A stretch of 64,000 nucleotides of DNA from a virus. The position numbers were made by a program, and so were the translations under genes. Under the pieces are notes generated by a model that saw nothing but the letters and a program-made list of their open reading frames with translations, ran no database searches and had not been told where the DNA came from. This document shows positions 46,477-55,823 of the stretch, in pieces; positions within the stretch are counted from its first letter, which is position 1; the number at the start of each line of letters is the position of its first letter. Location: the IMG/VR virus record IMGVR_UViG_3300048851_000105, positions 1-64,000 of that record; one strand, 5' to 3'.

Positions 46477-47377
46477 ACTGTTCAAAGCATGCTCAACGAC
46501 GTCGTCGGTTGGGAGGAGGGGCCGAACGGGCGCACCGTCACGGTGTATGCGCGCGTTTCTGGAAACCGAATCTTCTTCTCTCGCGACGAGGCCATGGTCT
46601 ACCCCGAGCCCGGCACAATCATCCGCGCGTTCCCCTCCACCTATCTGGTCCTAGGACTGGAGCGGATGGTCAACGCTGACGTCCTCCACGTCGAGAAGGT
46701 GATGCCTCGTGGCTAAGGTCCCCGATCCATTGCCGCAGCACTCGCAGGCGGCCCGCGACGAGGCGTACAAGCGCTACCACGACGACGTGAGCGACGAGAC
46801 AGGCGCGAGCATCGACGACTACGGCTACAGCGAGACAGCACGGTCAGCGTTCCTCGCGGGAGTGCAGTGGCAGGCCGAGCGCGTGCGGGCTCTCAGTCAG
46901 AAGCGGGACAGGCTTTGGCTGAAGGTCAACGACCTTGTCGCCGCGGGCCCGGACAACATGGAGGAATACCGCGCGACCTGGGCTGAGTGGATCGCAGCCT
47001 CCAACGCACTCGACGAGGCGCAGCGTGGCTAGGTTCACCGACCCTCGCGCGATCGTTCTGCTCATGGCTAGGGAGATCGACCCGCAGCCCGAGGCGCCTG
47101 AGGACGAGGAGTACATCACCGAGTGGGTCCCCGACCACACGTGCGGGGGTCACGGCGATCCAGGGTGCGCGGCATGCTGGGTGCAGACCTACGACGACAC
47201 CGTCGAACGGCAGAACAAGATTCGGAGCACCTGAGCATGGAAGCAGTAGCCATCGCAGCCGTCACCGTCGTCCTCGTGGCGTTCGGCATCTGGCTGGACA
47301 ACCTCAGTCGACGCGTGCAGGCACTCGAACGGGCAGCAGAGCACGACGACGAGACCGAGAAGGAGAATCCCTCATGA
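46474..47377 (+). other. Four small hypothetical genes (46474-46716, 46709-47032, 47025-47234, 47237-47377)
   Basis: Overlapping or abutting + strand ORFs with phage codon usage. Confidence 0.55.
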
Positions 47378-48633
47378 GACCGATCGAGGTGTACGCCCTG
47401 GCGATCACGATCCTCCTGGGTATCAGCATCATCATGGGCATGCGCGGCGTCATCGGCAGACGATGCAGCGCACGGACCTACTACCGAGCGTGGAGCAAGA
47501 CCCTCAGGTGTGAGAAGTTCCACAAGCACGAGGGACCCCACCGATCCGGTCGATGCGAGTGGTCCGCAGACATCAAGGTAGACGCGCGGCCGCCGTTGGC
47601 AATCGCGCCGGGTGTCCCCGCTCATCTCCTGAAGAACACCGAGCCCGCCGAGCAGCCGATCGATCCGAACAACACGATCACGGCCAGGCTGAAGCGCATC
47701 GAGACAGCGGTCAACGACACGCTCACCCACATCACGAAGGCGGCACCCAGGCTTTTGGACGACGAGCCTGGAGCGCCCAAGAGCATGTCCAAGCGCCTCT
47801 CCCCGGACGAGGTGGCCGAGTGGGCGGTGAAGCGCTGGAACAACAGGCACTCCATTGGCACTCGCGTGCACCTGAAGTCCGAGCCGCCGACGCCGAGGCG
47901 CACACAGTCCAGGGCCTACGTCGATCCCACGGGCAGTGCTCTGGTCCGCGTCTCGAACATCGCCGTGCCGGTCGACATCGACGACCTCATCGTGATCGAG
48001 AAGCGAGAGGAGCCGGAGAAGTTGTCGCAGCAGGAGGACGCCAAGCGCTGGAATGAGAAGTTCCCCATCGGCACCCCCGTGCGGATGGAGTCTGACCCGC
48101 ACACGGTCAGGCGCACGACCACGCTGGCTCACGTCGCTCTGAGCGGACGAGCAGTCGTGCACATCACGGACTACCCCCACGCCGTGATGGTTCGACGACT
48201 GTGGGTCCAGCGTGAGCAGCCGGAGCCCTACCGGCCGTCCCCGTTCGCGGCCAGAGTGCTGAAGGCCAAGCGGGAGGGCACGCCCCCGGCCTATGCGCGT
48301 TTCATGAATCGAACGCCCAATCCCTCACAGGGACAGGCAGGGACTCTGTTCATCCCACCAGGCCTCGTGACCGCGCACGCTCACAACCCAGCCACGGAGG
48401 ACCCGCGCTACTTCGACGGGACCACGCCTCCCGTCGTCAAGCCGTGGTACGACCAGAGCATCGTCCGTGCCAACCACGAGGCAATCAAGAAGATTCTGGC
48501 CGAGGGTCCCCTCCGTCCCGAGATCGACCAGTGCACCAGCACCCTGGGTAAGAACCAGAGGTGCGTCAAGCCAGCAGGCCACTTCGACCACAGGCACAGG
48601 GCAGCAGAGGGATGGGAGTGGACAGAGGTATGA
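47374..48633 (+). CDS. Mosaic protein: TM anchor, two Cys/His micro-motifs and two WN..(H/F).IGT.V repeats
   Basis: WNNRHSIGTRVHL and WNEKFPIGTPVRM repeats; CEKFHKHEGPH and CVKPAGHFDHRH. Confidence 0.7.
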   Translation: MRPIEVYALAITILLGISIIMGMRGVIGRRCSARTYYRAWSKTLRCEKFHKHEGPHRSGRCEWSADIKVDARPPLAIAPGVPAHLLKNTEPAEQPIDPNNTITARLKRIETAVNDTLTHITKAAPRLLDDEPGAPKSMSKRLSPDEVAEWAVKRWNNRHSIGTRVHLKSEPPTPRRTQSRAYVDPTGSALVRVSNIAVPVDIDDLIVIEKREEPEKLSQQEDAKRWNEKFPIGTPVRMESDPHTVRRTTTLAHVALSGRAVVHITDYPHAVMVRRLWVQREQPEPYRPSPFAARVLKAKREGTPPAYARFMNRTPNPSQGQAGTLFIPPGLVTAHAHNPATEDPRYFDGTTPPVVKPWYDQSIVRANHEAIKKILAEGPLRPEIDQCTSTLGKNQRCVKPAGHFDHRHRAAEGWEWTEV

Positions 48634-49739
48634 GCATCAGAACCCTATTAGGGCAACTCTCTCCATTTTCCCATCGTCCCCATTTACCCATGATCACCCC
48701 TGCCGACTCAGTAGCAGCGATTGAGAGGCAGTTCGGCCTACCCCAGCGGCAGCCTCACTCGATTCATGAAATGCAGCCAGCCCTACCCACCCCGGGACCT
48801 CATCCCAGGTGGTTCACCTCCCCGGGTGACTTCTCCGTCATCACTCCCCACAGCACCTATCGCCGCAAGCAGTGGACCACCCACGATGAGTCCACGTGCC
48901 AGGTAGACCACAGCATCCCTCTCCAGCCCACCCATACCGTACGGACGGGAGACTACGGGGTCTCTGTGCCAGCAGCAGAGTTCTCCCCGGGGGCAGAGGG
49001 GATCACGGAGTTCATCGAGATGCTCGCCGAGCGGGACCTCACGGTGGACATGGAGCCCCAGCAGATCGAAGAGAGACTCAGACAGGAGCAGACCCATGGC
49101 GGACCCCACACCCAAGCCGATCGAGGAGATGACCACACGGGAGGTCATCCAGATGATCCGGGACGGGAAGAAGCGACTGGAGGAGAACGGCGCAGCGAAC
49201 CGAGAGCCCTGGGAGCAGCAGCCGGGGGAGGACCTGTCGCTGTATCTGGTGAGGCTCAGGATGAACGCGGGGTACTGGGCCAGTGGGCCGTACAGGATGC
49301 AGCCGGACCGGGAGAGCATGCCCGACGAGGTGGCAGCGATCCTGAGCCCCGGGGTGATCGTGGTGGGGCCCAAGCGTCCCTGAGAGGGCACAACAGCCCC
49401 AGCCACACAGGCGCGTCCCTGAGAGGGCACAACAGCCCCGATCATGATCGAGCGCCCCTCACAGGGCAGAACCGGTCCGAATACAGGCAGCGGCAAGACA
49501 GCACCCCCGCAGAAAAAGTCGAGGCGCATGCCGTCGTCGACATGCAGAAGGTGTGGGACCTGAGCCAGCCCGGCTTCACGAGATTGACCACAGCAGCCCG
49601 GGCGGTGTGCTGGGAGCACCCTCAGACGGATCGGCTCATCGCCCCCTGGCAGGGAGAGCCTCACCTCATCCGCGAGAGCCCGGCCTACGTCCTCGCAGCG
49701 CTGGACGCGATCGAGCACGACTGGGAGAAGCACTCATGA
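48630..49739 (+). CDS. Long ORF with atypical codon usage enclosing a nested gene; extent uncertain
   Basis: Plausible coding at about 48980-49095 and 49540-49739, poor in between. Confidence 0.35.
   Translation: MSIRTLLGQLSPFSHRPHLPMITPADSVAAIERQFGLPQRQPHSIHEMQPALPTPGPHPRWFTSPGDFSVITPHSTYRRKQWTTHDESTCQVDHSIPLQPTHTVRTGDYGVSVPAAEFSPGAEGITEFIEMLAERDLTVDMEPQQIEERLRQEQTHGGPHTQADRGDDHTGGHPDDPGREEATGGERRSEPRALGAAAGGGPVAVSGEAQDERGVLGQWAVQDAAGPGEHARRGGSDPEPRGDRGGAQASLRGHNSPSHTGASLRGHNSPDHDRAPLTGQNRSEYRQRQDSTPAEKVEAHAVVDMQKVWDLSQPGFTRLTTAARAVCWEHPQTDRLIAPWQGEPHLIRESPAYVLAALDAIEHDWEKHS
49096..49383 (+). CDS. Hypothetical protein nested in the +1 frame of the 48630 ORF
   Basis: AGGAG SD, strong GC3 codon usage. 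Confidence 0.65.
   Translation: MADPTPKPIEEMTTREVIQMIRDGKKRLEENGAANREPWEQQPGEDLSLYLVRLRMNAGYWASGPYRMQPDRESMPDEVAAILSPGVIVVGPKRP
49374..49475 (+). repeat. 39-bp period tandem repeat (two identical 27-bp cores plus one degenerate copy)
   Basis: GCGTCCCTGAGAGGGCACAACAGCCCC at 49374 and 49413; degenerate copy at 49452. Confidence 0.85.
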
Positions 49740-50268
49740 GCAGGCCGGACTTCGACGAATCCGTGATCGACCCCGAGGCAGCAGGAGAACCGCACATGAT
49801 CGAGACCATCGTCCTCGTAGGCACCGGCGCTCTGTGCGCGCTCGCCGGATTCGTCATCGGATCACTCACCAGCGGGCGCAGGCGATGAGAAGCCTCAGGA
49901 GCGACTACGAGGGCTTGGGGTGGGTCAGCGTACCCGAGAGTGCGGAAATCGTCTCAGACAGGCCCACAGAGCCTCCCACGTGGGGATTCACCCACCGGAC
50001 GCCCCGCAGTCGATACGTCGAGTGCATCGTGTGCGGCAGATCGGGCGCAGGGTGGACCACAGCGACACTGACGCCTCCCGTGCCGCTTCCGCAGACCGGG
50101 TTCTACCGCTGGCAGCGGAAGTGCATGGTCGAGCACACCTGGGAGTGCGCGTGCGGAATCTTCTTCCCGAGTCAGCAGGCGCTCGCCGTCCATGTGGTCA
50201 AGAACTGGCAGTACCACAAGCCCGGACACGGCCGGATGGATCGAGTCGGCAACAAGAAGCATGGGTAA
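49736..50268 (+). other. Two small genes (49736-49888 membrane peptide; 49885-50268 with CxxC and C2H2-like motif)
   Basis: ATGA overlaps; CACG...LAVHVVKNW. Confidence 0.5.
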
Positions 50269-50297
50269 ATGGGGAGTTCCCTAACAGGGCAGATGTG

Positions 50298-50313
50298 TGT
50301 TACAGTAGACACG
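50298..50313 (+). promoter_or_regulatory. Extended -10 TGtTACAGT with operator TGTTAC-AGTA-GACACG
   Basis: Same core as 51416 and 53816. Confidence 0.7.
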
Positions 50314-50610
50314 TACCAACGGCCAGCCGGTCGAGCGGAGAGTCGTCCATGGACAGGGCGGTGAGATCACCAAAATCCGGAGACCGTTGGGAACGTCCAG
50401 AGGAAGGGCCCTAGGCCGCTGAGCGTCCCGTGACGGGCTCTTCCTCGCCCCCTTACCCAGAGGCCTCAGGGCTGGAGAACTCGCGGACTTGATTGGCCGC
50501 TAATGACGTCTCCGTCCTGAGGCCTCTGCTTTGCCCTCTGAGGGAACTCTCCATTGTGGGGACTTCCCTCAGAGGGCACCCTTATGTGGGTATCCCTGCT
50601 AGGGTAAGCG
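50314..50610 (+). ncRNA. Highly paired RNA or long structured leader, about 300 nt
   Basis: Stems of 12 bp (50400-50411/50435-50446), 13 bp (50458-50470/50516-50528) and 15 bp (50532-50546/50564-50578). Confidence 0.6.
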
Positions 50611-50611
50611 C

Positions 50612-50926
50612 ATGCAACGAGAGATCAGCCGCATCGACGGCCGTAGACGAATCAAGGTTCCCGACCTGGCGCCGGGCACGCGCGTACGCACAGCAGAGGC
50701 CAATGGCCGCATGGCCGTCGTGCCTGACGAGGCCGGGCCCCTCCGTGCCGACTCCCAGAGCCGCATCACCATCCCCATCGGCAGCAGTGTGGGCATCCCC
50801 GGAGATCACCTCACTGTCGAGCAGCGCCCCAACGGGTTCGTCCTTCAGCGCGCGATCGTGGTCACGTTCCAGGACATCGGCCCGGAACTCTGGGCTACCC
50901 TCACAGGGCAGAGCGAGCAGGAGTGA
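50612..50926 (+). CDS. Tandem AbrB/MraZ-like DNA-binding protein 2
   Basis: RIDGRRRIKVP...MAVVP and RADSQSRITIP...FVLQR. Confidence 0.7.
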   Translation: MQREISRIDGRRRIKVPDLAPGTRVRTAEANGRMAVVPDEAGPLRADSQSRITIPIGSSVGIPGDHLTVEQRPNGFVLQRAIVVTFQDIGPELWATLTGQSEQE

Positions 50927-50929
50927 CCC

Positions 50930-51105
50930 CCTACCCTGTTAGGGTAAACACGTGCACCTCAGGCAGGCGCGCAGGATCGTGACCGGCCTGTCTGAGAACA
51001 GATGCTCACTGCGACAGATAGTGGGGCGGCGTAAGCCCTGAGGTGCACCTCTGTCGTCGGCGCCAATGGTCGATTCTCGAATTCGGCGAGCGCCACGACA
51101 GGCCT
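50930..51105 (-). ncRNA. Structured RNA of about 175 nt downstream of the tRNA-like RNA
   Basis: 12-bp stem 50952-50963/51037-51048 enclosing a branched domain; 7+5 bp stem 51051-51063/51090-51101; terminal hairpin 50932-50946; strand inferred from the promoter. Confidence 0.5.
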
Positions 51106-51118
51106 GGGAGGGGGAGCA

Positions 51119-51222
51119 TGCCGGGCGGTGGGATTTGAACCCACGGAGCGCTACGCGAGCGCTCACCGTATCCCGGCGCGATCGTCCGGGGGCTCACCTT
51201 AGGCCGCTCAGACACGCCCGGC
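51119..51222 (-). tRNA. Class II (Ser/Leu-type) tRNA-like RNA with non-canonical anticodon arm
   Basis: Acceptor GCCGGGCG/CGCCCGGC, D loop GAGCGGCCTAA, 7-bp variable stem, T arm GTGGG-TTCAAAT-CCCAC; about 29-nt anticodon region; no CCA. Confidence 0.7.
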
Positions 51223-51346
51223 ATGCGACCCCGAGTGTAGCAGGGGGGGGGGAGGGTTCCCCGCGCAGGGTGGGCCTGTCAGACCCCTCATCGCTGGTTC
51301 ACCGTCCGGACTCGGGGCCGGAATCCCTGCTAGGACCTCCTCTCTA

Positions 51347-51378
51347 CGTTACTATTGTAACACGTCACTGGTGTAACA
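51347..51378 (-). promoter_or_regulatory. Leftward extended -10 promoter (TGtTACAAT) under two tandem operators
   Basis: CGTTAC-TATT-GTAACA and CGTCAC-TGGT-GTAACA; the only leftward promoter seen. Confidence 0.7.
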
Positions 51379-51395
51379 CCTAATCCTGAGCAGAG

Positions 51396-51431
51396 TAGAG
51401 GTTTCCTCTGTAACCTGTTACAGTAGACACG
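51396..51431 (+). promoter_or_regulatory. Rightward early-type promoter/operator cassette
   Basis: TAGAGG-N17-TACAGT; near-identical to 53796-53831. Confidence 0.75.
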
Positions 51432-51451
51432 TACCGAGGAAAGGACACCCC

Positions 51452-52327
51452 ATGGCCTACTGGAACGGCGACGAGCCGGAGCCCGTGAAACCCCACCCCG
51501 TCTACCAAGGCGGCCCGTGCCCTGAGTGCGGCGCCCCTCGCGGCCACCAGAACCCCTGGTGCTACTCGTACGATCTGACCTGAGAGGACAGACCAATGAA
51601 GCGTTTCGCCGTCATCAATACCGAGACGGGCAATCTGAGCCCGCAGTCGTTCGACAGCCAGGCTGAAGCCGAGGCCGTCCGCGACGAGTGGAATGCCGCC
51701 TACAAGCCGCAGTTCCAGACCAACGAGGTCGTCGAGTTCGTCATCCTCCCCCGCAAGGCGGCCTGACCATGGCAATCACACTGGAGATTCTCCGAGCCGC
51801 CATCATCAAGGAGGACATCTGCCCCGTGGAGGAGTTCGACGATCTCATCGCCGACATCCGCACGCAGGCCCACGAAGGCGGCATCGACGCCGCACATGCC
51901 GGGTTCTGAACGCGCCGCGGCCGACCTCCCCCCCCCGATCGACGAGAGAGAAGATTCCTCATGACCATCCACAACGATCCCTACGCCGACCTCCCCGAGG
52001 GTATCCCCACGGGGGACTACCTCGATCGCAGCGGAGGCGAGCCCCTCATCGTCGGCGGCCCGTACGACGCAGAGATGGCCGAGCGAGCCGCGATCCAGGC
52101 GGATGCTGAGAACGAGCGCGATGGGTACCGTGACTGACACCGTCCTGTTCTTCATGGTCGAAGGACCGTTCGACGGCGAGACGCGCATGCTCCCCAAGGA
52201 CGTCTCGCACCTTCAAGTGACGCGCATGACGCAGGAGGGGCACCTCACCCTGTCCGGGCTGTATCTCCCCGCAGTGCGGATGCCGTCCGGAGATCGGGCC
52301 ATGCTGTGGCTAGCGGACGAGGATTAG
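51452..52327 (+). other. Five small genes (51452-51583, 51596-51766, 51769-51909, 51961-52137, 52121-52327)
   Basis: SD-led short ORFs after the 51396 promoter. Confidence 0.55.
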
Positions 52328-52361
52328 AGAAATCCTCCAGTCACGTGTTACACTAGACACG
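52325..52361 (+). promoter_or_regulatory. Early-type promoter/operator cassette (TGtTACACT)
   Basis: Operator TGTTAC-ACTA-GACACG at 52346-52361. Confidence 0.7.
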
Positions 52362-52381
52362 TAAGGAAGAGGAGGCCCCAA

Positions 52382-53798
52382 ATGGTCCAGGTAGCAGAAG
52401 CCCCAGTCGTCAAGATGGTCCACCACTGCCGCGAGTGCGGCAAGGAACTGGCCTACGTGCCCTTCTACGGCCCCGAATACGGTCACATGATGCCTCACGA
52501 CCTGCCCGCCGAGTTCGTCCACGCAGACGGCCCCCAAGGCCACCCCGCTGAGCCCCGCGCCTATTGCCGCGAATGCCAGATCGAGGGTGTCGGCGCCTGC
52601 CAGCACTGGGGAGCAGGACCGTGGCACTGACCGGAGGCATGCGGGTCCACTACAGCGACCGCGCCGACACGGTCACCCGCTACGGGATGACCTCCATGGC
52701 TCAGGTGATCCTGGCCATCCACGACGACGAATCTTCTGTCGTCGGCTACAGCCTCGAAGGAAGGGACTACTGATGGACACGTTCAAGCCCGGCGAGAAGG
52801 TCCGCATCGGCAAGGGCATCCGCGAGTGGGAGGTCGTCAACGACTTTCGCGATCGGGATATCCCCCTCGTGGTTCTCCGCACCCACGCTGTGCGCCGCAT
52901 GACGCGCACCCTGCTCGGGGACAGGCAGATCGCCCGTCTGGGGAGGGTCCAGTGACCATGAGCATCACCGAGGCGCCTGTCCTCCTGACGATCGCCAGCG
53001 GCGGGCACTGGATTCCTGTCCCTCGATCGACTCTCCTCGCAGCCGTGCGTACTGCCAACGCGATCGACACGCGCCCCTCGACCTTCGACCGCGCGCCCCG
53101 CTTCTGGGTGCCCGTCAAGCGCTACCGTGTCGCCCAGGAGGCCGGGAAGGTGCATGTCACGAGCGAGGGCAAGACGCTCTACACGAGCGACACCCATGCG
53201 GAAGCGTGGGCATGGCTGAGCGCAGGAGGAGTGCTGTGAGCGACCCCACACCCACCCCCCTGGAAATCATCCAGAAGTCACTGGACCGGGCGCCGTCAAA
53301 CGCGCGTACCGCACGGCGCATCCTGATCGACCTGGAGCGCGCGGGCTACGTCGTCCGCGAGCAGGCGCCTACGCCCCTGAATGAGCGCATCGTCCTCATC
53401 GGCCGGGACATGCGCGAGTGGTTCACCGCGAAGTCCGACGCGATCCTGGACCGCATCCAGACGAGCACGACTCAGGACGTCATGCTCTACCACGACGCAG
53501 TTGGCGTTCTCGTGGCCGCACGCCAACTGGTGGAACTGACGGCTCAGGGCACCCTGGAGGGGGAACTCACCCCCGAGCAGCAGCGTGCCCTCTCAGGGGA
53601 GCGCGAGGTGACCGGGTGAGCAGGCGGCGCCGAACCCCCGCAGAGATGGCCGTCGTCCACCTGGGGCGCGCTCTGAGTAGCCTCATCCGCAGCGGGCTAG
53701 GCGAATCGTCTCCCCAGTACACGAAGGCCATTCGACTGGTCGCTGAAGCGAGCGATGCTCTCCTGGACGCGATCGAGAGCGGCGAGCCTGAGGACTAG
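52382..53798 (+). other. Six small genes (52382-52630, about 52639-52773, 52773-52955, 52952-53239, 53236-53619, 53616-53798)
   Basis: Translationally coupled short ORFs. Confidence 0.55.
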
Positions 53799-53859
53799 AG
53801 GTTTCCTCTGTCACGTGTTACAGTAGACACGTACCGATTCTCCGCTTCTGGAAGGAGCA
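53796..53859 (+). promoter_or_regulatory. Early-type promoter/operator cassette plus CCGCTTCTGGAAGGAGCA leader
   Basis: Operator 53816-53831; leader 53842-53859. Confidence 0.75.
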
Positions 53860-53863
53860 CCCC

Positions 53864-55404
53864 GTGGTCACCACGATGGACAAGTTCATGGACTACCGCG
53901 TCTCGCCGTACAGCGACAAGCCGAAGCAGGACGTCGAGGTTCTGGACGAGCCGTTCCACTGCCGGGCCGATGGGGAAGTCATCACCCTGATCCAGAGCAG
54001 CAACTACGACCCCTCCAAGTGGGTCCACGAAGCCGGGGTCGACTGCACGAGCCCCTGGCCCCGTCCCAAGTGCGCCTACTGCGGCACCGACGAGGTCGGA
54101 GTCGTCGTCGATCGGCAGCACGCCTACCACGACGCCCGTGAGTGCAGCCGCTGCGGTGGCGTCACTGGCTTCGCGATCGGAGACTGAGCCATGGCCACCG
54201 ACTTCAGCGTCAAGACGCAGGCAGCCGCCTTCCAGGACGGTTACCAGCGTGCACTGGGCGACATCGCAGCAGCCTTCGAGAGCGGCGGCTACCATGCCGC
54301 TCTCGAATGGATTGCCAACAACCACACCCAGAAGGGGGCCTGAGATGGCCGCACACCACGACCACGAGCGATGGATGCTCCAGGAGAGCGCCCAGGGAGG
54401 CCTCTACTGCGCCCCCTGCGGGCAGCACATCCCCTTCCGCACCCCCGAGCAGGTTCGGCGCCTGGAGACGCTCAGAGCCCACGAGGAGGGCCTCTCCGAG
54501 GACATCGCCACCTACCGCGCCGAGGGACGGGACCGCAGCGAACTCATCGCCCTTCGGAATGAGGTCCGCGCCGAGATGCGCGACATCGAGAACAACACGG
54601 CCGTCCAGGAAGGGACCCCCGCATGACCGGGACACAGCGCCGCATCGAGACCCTTCGCGCGCATCAGGTCCTCGACGACTACGCCACCGAGGACGAGCGT
54701 CAGAGTGACCTTGTCGAACTGCGTGCTCTGGAGCGCCAGCAGGCGATCGTGATGGACGGCCAGTCCGTCCCGCTCCCCGAGGCCGCCGAGCGCATCATGT
54801 ACTGGGCCATCAACGAGGGCCCGCATCGACAGAGCACGTTCGAGGAGTGGCTCGAAGCCGAGCGCGCGAGGGCGTGGGAAGCGGGCTACCAGCAAGGGCA
54901 TCGACTCGGCCGCAACCTCAACCCCCACGCACCGAAGAAGGTCCGCTGATGAACGTCTGTTCCGAGTGTCACGTCCTCGACGGTCACAAGTTCTCCTGCT
55001 CCCAGCGCCCTGGCAAGGGGGCCCGCATCCCTGTGCAGCGCGTCAAGTGCCCGACTCAGGGACCACACGCCCCTCATGCGTGGCGCATCTCTCCTGAGGT
55101 CTCGCAGCACTGCGTCGGTGTGCCCCCTCAGGCGGGCCTCCTGACAGACGACGAGAAGATGGTCGCCGATCTCCTCCTGACGACCCAGCATGAGATCGAG
55201 CGGAAGCAGTCCGAGCGCATTACGTCCCTCCGGCCCAACGATCCGGGCTTCGATCACGAGGCATGGGAGCGCGAGCACCCCTTCCCTGGGTCGGTCACTG
55301 ATGCACAGGCCCGTGCGGTAGCAGCGTTGCTCCAGAGGGAGCGCGCGAAGGCATGGGAGGGCGGCCGTACGACCGACATCCCCAACCCCTACAAGGAGGC
55401 TTGA
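53864..55404 (+). other. Five small genes (53864-54187, about 54191-54343, 54345-54626, 54623-54949, 54949-55404)
   Basis: Coupled ORFs; the last two carry ERA(R/K)AWE.G...NP(Y/H) motifs. Confidence 0.55.
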
Positions 55405-55407
55405 CCC

Positions 55408-55821
55408 GTGACGAACACCGAGAAGATTCGGGCCGCCTACATCCGGTCGTTCGCTAGTCACGCGGTTCTGGAGACCGCAGCAGCGAAGCAGTTCGACGAG
55501 TGGCTTCAGCGCGAGCGTGCGAGGGCATGGGAGGAGGGCAAGGACGAGGCTCTGGGCGCCGGAGATCGGGATGCTCTGATCAATCCCTACGACCCTCCCA
55601 GGGAAGCCTCTCCTGTGGACCTCGACCTGCCTGAGGGTGGGCTCGCTGTCGGCACAGTCGTCTCGTACTACCGTGATCCCTCCATCCGCGGGAAGGTGAG
55701 TCTCGCGCAGGTTTCCGGTGACCACTGGGCCTATGCAGTGGCCTGGGACTACGCCCCCGAGCGCTCCACAGGCTGGTACACCCGCTCCATGCTTCGACCC
55801 GAGACCGAACAGAAGGACTGA
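55408..55821 (+). CDS. Paralogue-family protein (FDEWL..ERARAWEEG...NPY) with SH3-like C-terminus
   Basis: Motif shared with neighbours. Confidence 0.65.
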   Translation: MTNTEKIRAAYIRSFASHAVLETAAAKQFDEWLQRERARAWEEGKDEALGAGDRDALINPYDPPREASPVDLDLPEGGLAVGTVVSYYRDPSIRGKVSLAQVSGDHWAYAVAWDYAPERSTGWYTRSMLRPETEQKD

Positions 55822-55823
55822 CC

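Noticed and set aside
49374-49475. Possible CRISPR mini-array
   Set aside because: Only two identical 27-bp units with 12-bp gaps; too short for spacers and no cas genes
50330-50450. Cobalamin riboswitch resemblance (CGGTGAGATC, GGGAA)
   Set aside because: The conserved elements are not in the right order and no B12 box was found
51119-51222. Identity as selC, tmRNA, YrlA Y RNA or an attP remnant
   Set aside because: No UCA anticodon or 6-bp D stem; too short and no G3-U70 for tmRNA; arms are not circularly permuted as in YrlA; both halves are present and no integrase is seen
51243-51253. Poly-G run as a phase-variation tract
   Set aside because: It lies in the non-coding leader of the leftward RNA, not in an ORF or promoter spacer; treated as part of the RNA island
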